64,000 nt of DNA from Chrysomallon squamiferum (Eukaryota > Animalia > Mollusca): the NCBI GenBank assembly GCA_012295275.1, contig CM022679.1, positions 17,484,001 to 17,548,000 of the forward strand. The letters run 5' to 3'. Both the position numbers and the translations under genes were made by a program. The notes below the pieces were generated by a model. That model had not been told where the DNA came from. It did not search any database and saw only the letters and a list, made by a program, of their open reading frames with translations. This document shows, piece by piece, positions 1-13,600 of this stretch. Each line of letters opens with the position of its first letter. Within the stretch, counting starts at the first letter, position 1.

Positions 1-1476
1 AATATAAGAATTAAATAAAATTTGAATTACTATAAAACAGTAATATTTAAAAATCTTGCATCATGATTTTCATTCTTATCAGTGCAGCCTGCCACTCAAG
101 AGTTTGGAACTAAATATAAAACTTTTGTATCCTTGACTGGTTTATCAAAAAAGCCACAATTTCAGCCTTGCTGTCTGTGGAAAGCTGGATATTAAAAAAA
201 TCCATTACTGCTGAAGCATAAGAATAACTTGTTATAAAGGTTTCCTTCTTCAAGTAATCATTATAAATATAATATGTTAATTACAATACTGAAATGTGCA
301 AATGTGTCATATAAATATTCATTTATTTATTCATTCTTCATTATAATCTTTGATAATCAGTATCAGTTTTACACTTTGAAAACTGTTTTAAAAAACATAA
401 AATTTATAAATCTTTGTTGTGTTTTGAGAGATTTCTCACATTTTACATTTACTTAAATTATCATTACAAACAAACAATACTCTTTTCTCTCTAATAACAT
501 GTAACAAAAACAATCCCCATCTAAACCACCATATCTTATTTCAATGAATCTGTAAAAGAAATAGTCTAAATGAATTTTATGTATTTCCAAATGATTATTC
601 GCTTTGTTACACATTTAACTTTTACCAAAAATAAATTAAGATACTAATACTGTAAGCAGATAATAATGTGAAGATATTTAACTTGGTTCAGTGATGTAAT
701 AAGAAACGTGTAGAAAAAGTCCTGATAAACTGAGGATTTGTTTTATATTACTTTCTATGCATTGATCTCAAGTACAGAAATAAACAGGAACTTACAAAGA
801 AAGTATTTAGATCTTTCATTTGATTCTTTAATATTTAAGGCTTGTATGTATTAGTATCTTTCATCTGAAATGCATTTGTTTCTGACAATATTTTGTACTA
901 GCTCTCCATGAAATTAATAGCCAAATTCATGTTAAAATTTATTTATATGCTTCCAGCATTGTCTGTTCCCTGTGACTAATTTTTGTTGACAACAATCCAT
1001 GGCAATTACATAAAAAAACAAAGTTTGGATCAAGGTGGACATTTTTCTTTTTTGTTGTTGTTGTTGTTTTTTCATAAATAAAAATTAGGAAACACACACA
1101 CACACACGTGCATGTTTACTCAGTCTTTCCAGACTATATATATTTCTTTGAATAAATGACCTGATAAATGGGAAAAGCCAATTTCCACTATTACCACTAT
1201 CTCATTATTTTATTCTTACAGTTACTGACAAATGCTAGCAGGCTAGATTATATTAAAGTTAATACACTATGTCACTAAAAACAGTAGACAACATTTTATT
1301 ATTTATAAACATTTATTTAATGAGCCTCTTATTTTTTTCAAGCTTACTAAAACTACATTAGCTAGTATATAATTCAAAATAATAGTCTTCATTTTGATGA
1401 AGAAAAGTTTTATTATTTTTTTATTATTAGAAAACAATTTAGTTGAACAGGATCCATGTAACTGTTTTTTCACACT

Positions 1477-1600
1477 TCACTGAGCAATATTTGTCTGTGC
1501 AGTTAATAAGAGTTCCTCCTTTCTGTATTCTTCATCAAGAAAATCATCAAATGAGCTGTTTGTAAATATGCTGTATACAGCTTGACTCGCAAATCTCAGA
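1477..1600 (-). CDS. GGCX: GGCX terminal coding exon ([13 protein letters not shown]...TNIAQ*)
   Basis: TTTCAG acceptor; phase fits; TGA at 1477-1479. Confidence 0.75.
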
Positions 1601-4600
1601 CTGAAATTATACAGTTGTAGACATAAAATAAAAACAAAAAAGAACTTACATAAAGTGTATCAGTGGTGGTATGAATAAATGGTCTAATAAAATAATTTAT
1701 CCTTCCAAGTTATTGCCCTTACTGCTTTGTGTGACCAATCACATCTGAAGACAAAGTCTGACAATAAAAAAACATCGTCATTTTACACTACATAAATTTA
1801 GTTATGCTATGATGCAGACTGATAACTGTAATTTTCTGACACCAGAAGACAGATCCACCCTGCACCCTGTCACAACTACAGCAACTTCCAAATATTGTTA
1901 AACTGTACTCTTTAGTTGTTATACTTCATTAGTAATTAAGATTGGTTGGCAGTAAACAAATAAAACATAATTGGAATAAAGATTTAGACCATTTGTTCAT
2001 ATTTCCACTGGTGCATTTTAAATAATAATAACAATGATGAGATAATGAAAAGGCTATTATTATTATTATCGTCAATGCTGTCTGGGTTTTGTAGACTGTA
2101 CTGAAAAGAGCTGAAATGTATGACTCAGTTTTGCATGATCAAAATTCTTGACACAGAAATCTTGTACATGGAATATGATACAAACAAATAATTTATAATT
2201 TATTATGATTTTTAAACTCTGGATATCTGAAAAATTGAATTTACAAATAATATTAATAGCTAAAATAATTAACCTTCTTATGCAGATGCTTAATGAAAAA
2301 TGTATTTGATGGAATATTGTTGTTTTTTTGTCCCGTTTCTCTCCAGTTTTTCTTTCCAAAGCATTTTTGTAATGATGTAAGTTTGGATCTTTCTCAAATT
2401 TATTCAGAATTTCATTGGCTGCTGTATCTGAAATATTAAAAAATAAATGAAAAATAAAGTTGTGCAAAAACTACTCAAGATATAGCTTCAGAGAGAAGGC
2501 TGTTATAAATTATGTCAGATATTATGCTGTTTGTGGAATCATAGTGTAATAAAATCATCTGCATATATTCATAATTAATAAAGTTTTTTTTATTAATGCC
2601 ATCTGTACATTCATAGTGTGATAAAGTTTTTTTTAACTAAATGTTTTTTTCTTGTACTGAAAATAATAATTTATCTATTATTCCAGTGGGTTTTTTTATT
2701 TTTTTATTTTTTTACAATATGCTACCTACTGCATCCAGTAAAGCTATTTTTTAAGTCTTATTTTTTAAAGTAAATAAAGTCTGCTGTATTTTGTTTGATG
2801 ATAAACTCATTAAACAATACCTGTTTTATTTTGTAATGAAAAATTGACGGCCTTTTCATATTCTGTTAGATTCTTCATAAATTCAACTGATGTTGTGTTC
2901 ATGTACAAATACATGTAGCAAGAGGGTTCATTTGAAATTGTGTGCACATTGTGAAATTCACCTGCTGGAACCTAAAATAATAATATTAATATATAAATAA
3001 ATAAATAAATAAATAAATAACAGAATAACTTTGAAAAATAACATATTTTTTTCTTTCCTTAAAATATAAAATCATTTTACGATACAGAATGAAAAAATTG
3101 ATATATTTTTCACTGTTGACACATACTGTCATTAGCAACTCTGCCGCAAAAATATTCAAAGAACTTTTAAGTTTCAATGACTTGTTTTAACATTTCAAAA
3201 GAACAGTTTTCTCCCTTCTCTCAGAACTTTTCAATGAAATTTTAGGTAACTGATAAAACAAATATGGAGAATATCACAGTAAAATGAGTTTGTATGATAA
3301 AGAGATTGATGTGCATGACTAGCAGCAGTAACCAAGGCAGCCTTACAACCAGTCCTGTCCATCATATTTACCTGTACCACTCACTGAATACTGCTTTTTT
3401 TTTTTTATTAAAGAGTTTAATAATTTCAACATTTATCTCAAAATTATATGCTTGTTTTAATTCTTTCATATACAATTTTGAAATTTTAATTATAAACAAA
3501 TTTTGAATTTACCTTTATACTCTTTCCCTCAGTGAGTGTTATATTTCTTTTTCTGTCCACTAATTCAACAATAACCTCGCCTTTTAAAACCTCTATGGAT
3601 GTATTTCCTAGATCTTCATGTACATAGTTCTCGAGATACAAACCTGAAACAATAAAAAAGATAACCACATCATTTTTTAACAGTAAATGATTACTGTCAT
3701 AAAAAATTAAATGGTAAAAAACATTTTAAATATTAATTCCAATAAATATAATAATAACAATAAAAATATAAAAACAGAAATCTGTCTCACAGATTTTATA
3801 GTATTTCACTAGAGTTTCAAATCAGATTTACTAACATCACTGCAAGAATGCAATTTTCATAACTTTTATTTGATGAAAGAAGCTGCTTAATTTTTGAAGT
3901 ATTTAAAAACCTTATATGATATATATATATATATATATTTATAAAATTAGAGAAATTTTACCTGGAAAATCTGCTACAAAAACGACTTGTGTTTCATTAG
4001 AAGATTCATATATATCCTCTTCTATCTCCTCAAGTTTACTCCTCCAGTCTGACAAATCTGCCAACAAAGGCATCACCCAGGGTGTATAGCTGAATGGACT
4101 CCAGTGTGCAGACAGAATATCAATCCGAGGATCATATATTCTGAGTAACAATCAATGAATATTTGTTTTAATAACATTTCTGTAATATCTTATTAACATG
4201 TTTTACATTCTAAATAATAATCAGTGTTTGTTTTAATAACATTACTGTATTATTTTGTTATGAACATGTTTTACATTCTAAATAACAATCACTTTTTATT
4301 TTAATAACATTTCAACAATATTATCTTAACATTTCACATTCTTAATAACAGTCAATTAACATTTGTTTGTAATATTATTTTTCTGAATAAATTTTCTTAT
4401 TAATGGTTTTGAGTGTCAAATATAAGCCAGGGTAATTACAAAACCTCTATATTTTACATGTTTTTTACAAAAAAAAACATTACATAAAATCTTTGTTATA
4501 TGTTTGTACTTAGAGTATATAAAGGATGAGACTGCAGGTGTTTTGGATTTCTGGAGTTCAGAATTCATTTCACATCAATTAGCATTTAACATTGACATCT

Positions 4601-7600
4601 TACTTTTACATGCTGAAATCTTACTGATACTTTATTTCTAAATGTTCAAATCTTACAATTATATTTTTTTCAAATTCTGAAATTTTACTGATATATTATT
4701 TCAAATTTTAATTAAATTAAATACATTAATCAAATACCTTTGCTGGAATCTGTAATTCAAGGAAAGCCAGATGTCAAAGTAGAGTTCAACATCAGATATA
4801 TTGTAAAACTTGAGATGATCAGAAAAACATTTAGCATACTGTTTTAATAAATTTGCATGACTAGTCCATCTACTAGTCTTGACAAATGCCTTAAAAAAAT
4901 AAAATAAAATAATAATAACACAAAAATAAAAATTCAGCATTATAATAAGTAACTTATTAAATTATAGAATTTTTATAATATAAACTTTTAAATGATTTCA
5001 TTTTTATTTAAAAAATTTCTTTTCTCAAATAAGAATTTGGAAACAAGTTATTAACATTTGAGAAAATCCATTGTAAAAATTGCTGGCAGTGTCTAACAAT
5101 AATAACACCACCACTACCAACAACAGCATTAACAAAAACAAAACCAAATATAATAGTAGCAATAGTAGTAATAATTATAATATTTCGATACTTGTACTAA
5201 TAATAGTATTAGTAGTAGTAGAAGAAATCTTGTATAATCTAGATGCACTGAAGCGTTATAAGCAAAGTATTTGCATTAAAATAATAACAGCACAGTATGT
5301 GACAGTACACTGAATCAGGAATTAAATATTCATATTCTTTAACTTATAACTTTATTTTGATACCACTGAATATTGTTACCATTATATACTTGTAACTTTT
5401 CTTCCTGTTGGAATCAAAAGTTGGAATGAAAATTTTAAATTAAAATAATTACATACTTGGATCTTGAAAGTGTACTCTGAAGTTTAACTTTACATGCAAC
5501 ATCACATAATTATAATAACATATATACAAATGTAATTGTTCACGTACTAATGGATCGAGGTATCCTTTTTCACCTGTCTGTTTGTTAACATAGGTAACCC
5601 TGATATGTTGAATTTTCCACACATGAACCATCATATCCCATGAGTAGCCATACATTCCATTAGTCCAGTTATTATATCCCTGAAAAAAACAAAAACATGA
5701 TAGGATACATAGAAACACAGCAACCTGATTATTACAAAACATTTATAAGAAATAAAAAAGTAATTCAAATCAGTGATCAGAAATAACATCATAACCACAC
5801 TTCATAAAATTTAATATTCTCATTGTGTCTCAATGATTAGAGTGCTGGCTTCATGCTTTACGAAGGTCCCAGGATATCACACCTGTTTTGTTTATCTCTT
5901 TCTCACTTACACAAAACACTTGATTTTGAGGTGTTATATAACAGATACTCAGGATGTTAGCATATAATCCTGTGATGCATTTTGACAGATACTCAGTAAA
6001 TTAGCATATATCAAGCGATGCTTGTCCACTGATTCTCAGAGTCTACTGTATATGGAGACTTTTCCTCATCATACATAATTAAACTTTACAATGTAAGATT
6101 ATCATGTTTACTGTAACCTTTGTTAATCCATGAGAATAAGGAAGAAACAGCTGCCAGGACATGTAGATGATGGTTAACACTGAAAATATTTTATGATATC
6201 GTGAAGGTCGGGTTGGACTCTTGGGACCTCGGATGAAATTTGATGTCTGTTTTTCACTTGGACTGTTATTAATCTACAAAATAGAATAAATTATTAACAT
6301 TACTACACAAATTTAACATTTTGTTATTTCATACATAGAAAAGTAAAAGATGGCCTAATAAGTGTTTTTTCTCTCTCTCTCTCTCTCTCTCACATTAATA
6401 ATTATTTCACAGAATATTTTTCACAAAAAAACAGAGAAATTTTTAATATTCATAAATAGCTGATGATATTTATTTACAGAAGAAGAATAGTAGTAGTAGT
6501 ATAGTAGTGGAAATGAAAAGCACTGAAAGAATCTAACAGAAAGAAAAGAAACAATAACAATAAAACATTACCAACCTCTTCTGATTTGATTTCTTCTTTA
6601 GAATACAAACAATGGCTGCTTGTTTTTATGTCCTCATTTTCAGGTATAAACATTTGAAAAGAAGATGGCATTTTTTCAAAAACTTTCCTTGGCCACTCAG
6701 GAGAACAAAAGATGAATTGAGACCCCAAACAGATGTATGGAAACAAACCTTCAGTTAGTAAATAAAAGAAAGGAATTGTTAATTTAATGAAACATTTTCA
6801 ATGTACTTACAGACATAGTTTACACACACATACACATGCACACACATGTGCATGCACAGACTTATATATTTATATGTACATAGTTTGGGTTTTTTTTCTG
6901 GGTTTTTTCTTTAAAGGAGATTTCTCCAAATATAGATTAATAAAAGGCATTATTCAATTTAGTACCTATTGAAAAGAGAAGCGAGTTCATCGTGTGAAAA
7001 CTGGAGCCTATAAGAAAGCCAAGAAGTCGCGTCTGGTCAAAGAATAGCAGGAATCCTAGAGACAAGTCAATAAACAGACCAGCAATATGGACAATGTATT
7101 TGTCTACTTCTTCCTCAGTCAAAAACAGTCTGAAAATATTACACAAAATAATAATAATAACAACAACAACAACAAAAAACAGCAATAATAATGAAATAAT
7201 ATTAACAATGATAATGTAATAATAACAAATACAGTGCTACCTTTAATTTGTTCCATATCAAATCAGTTTTACCAACAGAAATTAACTGAAATACCATTAA
7301 TCTTTTCCAGCCCCTCAAAACCTCCCCATTTTTTGTAACATGTTTTTAAGTAAGAAAAATGTATTTGTAAATAACAAATATTGTATAAAAAATAAAATAA
7401 AAGTGAATGTAAAGAAATAAACTGGTTTTGTAAAGTGTATTTATCTTTGAGATCAGACAAATTATTTTAACGCCTTTGGCTGGAGTTACAGCTTTTATCC
7501 ACTCCTTCTGCTTCTGTACGGTATACATCGTAGAAGTGCTATGCTTGTCTGCCTAGGCAAGTCAACTACATGCACACCTCACTCATGTTTTTCTGTGATT

Positions 7601-10600
7601 TCATGCTTTAATTCAATGGACATCATCCACTTCTTCTTCTTTTTTTTTCTTAAATATCAGTGATGATAGTAAAAAAACAAACAACATTTTTACAGTAACT
7701 TGAAATTTTTTTTTATATTTTGTCAAAAATATTTTTAATGTCTGATGTAAGCACTTAGATAAACTTTAATACAGATGGTATTAGCAGTAATGGCAGTAGC
7801 AGCAGTAACAGTAATAGTAGAGGTAACAGAGGTAGTAATAGTACTGGTTACTGGTATTGATGGGATTGATGTAGCTGCAGCAGTGTTAGTAATAATAGTT
7901 TTAATAGCAGTAGTATTAGCGATAGTAGTAATATTAGTTTTCTAATTAATATTCAGCATTCAGTGAAGTAAAAAGGGTTGAGTATATGGTGGTTTCACAA
8001 GTCTGTTAAATTTGATTTTATATGTCTCTGCAAGTGCACTTCCACATGAGCTGTCTACTATATGATTTCTCTATGCACTGATCAAATGCCAGAGATAACA
8101 ACAGCATAAACACTGTGATGAAAGCATTACCATTCCAACAACACATTTTCCTTGTTCATTTTGCAATTCTTACAGTACTTAAAACCTTCTTCAAATATAT
8201 ATGCCCCCCAAACCTATTTCTACACCTAATAATTAGGTTTGATGCATCAAAGCAATACTGGCCTTTCTGAAATGAGGTATAGTTAATTAAATTCTCAAGA
8301 TAACTCTTCACAAAAGAAGAGAGAAACAGGTTTTCTGAAGACTAGCCTAATAACAATGGAAATAGGTGCTTTTAAGCAGACAGAAGAAGAATACAGAATA
8401 ATGTTTACTAATTAAAAATAATTATTCAACACTGGCCTTTGAAATTTGTCTTCCTTGGCAGCAAGGTAGTGTTGTAATATGCTGACAGATGGATGGAGAT
8501 ATGAACCAATTTATAAATTCAGAAAATAATAGTTATTTCCATTCTGGATCTTAGTTTTCAGTTTTCACCAGAATGTAATTTTCTTAACCTTTTATTTTTC
8601 AGTAACTCATTTCAGATAACTGTTAAAGGTATGGGCCACTACATTTTATACTGTGACAGATGGGTATGATGGGAATTATGTAGTGTTGTTATAAGCATTT
8701 ATATATTACAAATATAATTTCCTATTGACATCTGCTCTCATAAGAGAGCTACAGGCCAGGATGTGAATCAGTGGTTGAAGTAAGTAACATTTTTATTATT
8801 ACAAGAATTTATGTTACAGCAGAAATACTAATAGCAATAAAAGTTTTAATAGTAATGCTGAGAATGGTAGAATCAGTAGTACAAATACTAACTGTAAGAA
8901 CGGTAGTGTTGGTTATAGTTAGATACAGCTGTAGTAAAAGTAATGATAATAATAATTTTAACAGCAGTAATTCAGTAAATGAGTAAGCAAAACAACTGAA
9001 ATTAAAAATAAAATAACAGTAATTATCAATACAAATTTGTTAAAACTAATAAAATGGCCAGTAATTTCTATTTTGATTCTGCTTTCCACAACACAGAGTG
9101 TTTACCTAGAACCTGACATAATTACCAGTCACTGCATCAAAACAAAAATCCACTGCAGTGATGTGATGGTGTTGAAATAACTGTATTTTCCTTCCAATAA
9201 TTTTGTCCACAGAGGCTCGACTCAACTTTCCACTCTCATTGCCAAAAGTGGAACTGAACAAAAGCTGCGGAACAGACAATTATATTTCCTTGTTCAGACA
9301 ACTCTAATAATTCATCAAAAGAAGAAAATTCAAATTTTCAAGTTTGTTCTGCTCCCAGATTGGTGATTATTATAACGTATCAACAGTGATCTTTTAATAT
9401 GCGATTTAAAATTCTTATTTTCTTGACTTTCAGATTTTCATGTCAAAGACAATTCAGTCAAAACCTAGTGACAAAGTAGCTACTTGGCATACAGTGGTGA
9501 TGCATGACTTACACAATCTGTCAACTGCCAGAAATTCCACAAAAATCACAGTGAGACAAAATCTAAGAAAGATATATATTATGAGACAAAGAATTAATAG
9601 AATTAAGAGAAATAATGAAAATAAGATACTAGTAGTTAAGAAAGATGATGATAATAAATTACTAATAGTTAAAAGAGAGATGATGATAAGCTACAAGTAA
9701 AGATATGATGATGATAATATCATTTAGAATAGGTTAGCAAAAAAACAAAAAAACAAAAAAAAACTCATGTCTTTATTTACCTTCACATCACGATATATTA
9801 GTAAATAATATACATTCAAAATTATTTAGTAAATAAACATATTATGGTGGGATATAAATCTTTTTAATATAAACTTCAAATATTTACATATATTGAGTAG
9901 TAAATTAGGATTCATACAACAAATTTCATGTCTGATAGTCAGTGGTGTGCAGAGGGAGAGGGCCAAAGGGGCAGTGGGCATGAGCATCCAGATGTGGGGT
10001 CATCCAATCAGAGAAAAGAACTAAATAAATCTGGTTGATTTATATTTAAATTGAAAAAAGTGTTTATTTTATGTTTCATCTTTGTTTACATCTTCAAAAT
10101 ATCTTCCTTTCTCATAACATTTCTTAGTACTATGCCATATACTTGAGTCTTTCAAGCATACAATCAAGGAGTTGACCCTGGGCATCACCAGACCTCTACA
10201 TGCCACTGCTGTTTATAACATTATTTTATTGTTTTGCTCTATACTCTATACTTAAACATTTAAAAACTTTGTTATGGATATATATGATACTCATAACTGA
10301 GTTTATTATGTAAACTATGTTTATGTTTTTGTTTAACCAGACTTAATTGGTAGTTGGCTTGATGAGGTATTATGAGTCTGAAGAAGAAGACTAGTTACTT
10401 ACTTGAATGGCTCAAACACCCAGCTCTCAGATAAAAATTGCATTGATATTCCAGACACCCAGTCCCAGTCAAGTTTCTTCAACCCCGCTATGAAGTAGAG
10501 GATGAAAAGCTATAAAATAAGTAATAAATGATAGTAGTTGCTATAAAACTAATAAATGATAGTAGTTCCTATAAAAGTAATAAACAATAGTACTTGCTGT

Positions 10601-13600
10601 AAAATAAACAATAAATGATTGTTGTTACTGTAACATAAGTAATAAATTAACGTTGTTGCTGTAAATTATAATAAATGATTGTTGTTGCTGTAAAATAAGT
10701 GATAAATGATTGTTGTTACTGTAAAATAAGTGATAAATGATTGTTGTTACTGTAAAATAAGTGATAAATGATTGTTGTTACTGTAAAATAAGTAATAAAT
10801 GATTGTTGTTACTGTAAAATAAGTAATAAATGATTGTTGTTACTGTAAAATAAGTAATAAATGATTGTTGTTGTTATAAAATAAGTGATAATATATGGTA
10901 TAATTGTTGCCAAAAAAAAGAAGTTTATATCCAAATATATAAACTTGATGAGAAATGGTTATGGATGTGTTTCTAGAAGTATATGAGTATAATTTACTCT
11001 GAAGTCTTTATCAAGTGTTTAATTTTAGAAAGTTTCAAAACATTCTAAAATTAAAGTCTAAATATGTTCTATATACTTCCATCTTATTTTTTTTTTTTTT
11101 TTTTTTTTTAATGAGTAACAAGGTATAATAAGAAAAGATAACTTCTTAAAAATATCAGGATAAAACTATGTTTCTGTCACTGTGGTATTGTGATACACAG
11201 AGCAGACCTAGTTTCTTCTACTGAAATACGACTATGTCTGAACCTCATACAGTGATGCCATAGTTCAAGTTTTAAAGTGGCAAAATGGTGGTGATTTTGT
11301 GATTTTTATGAGCACCAAAGTGAACTAATCCTTCATCATTATGGTTAACATATGATAATGATAGTGTGGAATGTTTTATGTGAAGGTTCATATACTCAGT
11401 GACAGAGAAGCCAGTAATGTTGGCTGGAGCTGGAAATTGTCGAAAAGAAACACTCCAGATGGACCTGATGTTCAAGATAAAATAAGTTTTAAGGCAAAGA
11501 AAAATACCTAACTAACTACAGGATGAGGTTTAAGAATGTAATATGACATAATAATAAATAAAAAAAATAAAATAAAAAAAAGTTGATTTATAAAGAATTG
11601 AGAATGATACCTGAAAACGGAAAACAGCATAGTTCCATAGAGGCACATTACTATTTCTGATCTTATCACTAAACAAGCCATCCAGAGACCTACAACATAA
11701 GTAAGAGAATAGCAATAATTAAAAATAAATTTCCGTAACCTAAAATCCAAAACTCTCACTTTTTCAAAATTATTATTATTATTTTTTTAATGTTATTTTT
11801 AAATATTTTTTGTGTGCAAAGCATGATTCATATGTATATGTAATTAAAATTTATCTATACAGTACCAATCAGAATTATGTCTCTTACCAGTATCTGTTTG
11901 CATCAGAGAACAGTATGAGAACTGCAAAGAGACCAAACAGATAGGAGTGATTATTCCATGAAGTTACATCAAGAAGAAATATGTACCAGTAGGTGACAGC
12001 ATAACATGCAGCACTGAGTCGAAAGAGGAAACCAAACATAATGCCCACTGCACCTTTAACATAAAAACAAAAAAATGAAATAAAATAGAATTAAAAACAA
12101 CAGTTAAAATTAATATGTTTTTTAACTGAGATTAAAGATGGATATGTGATATTAAATATCTAAGAAAGTTGTGAGGTACATATGATGTTACATGTCTAAG
12201 AAAGATACTACACTCTAAAAACACAACATGGTACACTACACATGATATTACATTCTAAAAATATGACAAGTTTTACATAATTATGATATTAGATTACTAA
12301 GAACATGACAAAGAACACTGCATATGATATTACATTCTAAAAGCATGAGGTACACTAAACTTGATATTATATTCTAAAAACATAAGTACAAAATGTGTTA
12401 CATTCTAAAAACATAAGGTACACAATACATGATGTTACATTCTAAAAATGAAAGGTACACTATACATATATTTCATACCTAATAACATGATGATGTACAC
12501 TACATATATCCACTGCAGAGGAAGAGGTTTTATGAAGCTGAAAAGTGGGAATGTACAGTAGTTGCTGCCCCATTTAATATCAGCATTTATCAAACCTCTT
12601 TCACCAAATACATCTATAACCATCATGAAACCTGAAAATATCACAATTTAAAAATATTAATTAGCATTTATAATCATCCTATCTGTCAGATAACTGAGAA
12701 TGTTCATAAATTACAGAAATATTGTGGATAAGATGGCTCTCTGATAGGGTTCTGCTGCAACTCACTAACAGAGGGTTGTGCTGCAACTCACTGATAGAGC
12801 AATGTGCTGTGACTCACTGATAGACGGGTGTGTTGTGACTCACTGACAGAGGGGTGTGCGGTGACTCACTGATAGACGGGTGTGCTGTGACTCACTGATA
12901 GACGGGTGTGCTGTGACTCACTGATAGACGGGTGTGCTGTGACTCACTGATAGACGGGTGTTCTGTGACTCACTGACAGAGGGGTGTTCTGTGACTCACT
13001 GACAGAGGGGTGTGCTGACTGACAGAGGGTGTGCTGTGACTGATAGACGGGTGTGTTGTGACTCACTGACAGAGGGGTGTGCTGTGACTCACTGATAGAC
13101 GGGTGTTCTGTGACTCACTGACAGAGGGGTGTTCTGTGACTCACTGACAGAGGGGTGTGCTGTGACTCCCTGATAGACGGGTGTGCTGTGACTCACTGAC
13201 AGAGGGGTGTTCTGTGACTCACTGACAGAGGGGTGTGCTGTGACTCCCTGATAGACGGGTGTGTTGTGACTCACTGACAGAGGGGTGTGCTGTGACTCAC
13301 TGACAGAGGGGTGTGCTGTGACTCTCTGATAGACGGGTGTGCTGTGACTCACTGACAGAGGGATGTGTTGTGACTCACTGGTAGACAGGTGTGCTGTGAC
13401 TCACTGACAGGGGTGTGCTGTGACTCACTGATGGACGGATGTTCTGTGACTCACTGACAGAGGGATGTGCTGTGACTCACTGATAGATGGGTGTGTTGTG
13501 ACTCACTGACAGAGGGGTGTGTTGTGACTCACTGATAGATGGGTGTGTTGTGACTCACTGACAGAGGGGTGTGCTGTGACTCACTGACAGAGGGGTATTC

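Noticed and set aside
1355-1479. Open frame of about 39 codons after the GGCX TGA (read-through or selenocysteine)
   Set aside because: The stop context TGA-AGT is not a known leaky context, no SECIS was seen, and the peptide is unremarkable.
5825-5990. Possible tRNA-derived SINE head
   Set aside because: Only a degenerate A-box-like stretch; no clear B box or cloverleaf.
13089-13352. Repetitive ORF (SHSTPVYQ...)
   Set aside because: It is a translation of the 26-bp minisatellite inside an intron.
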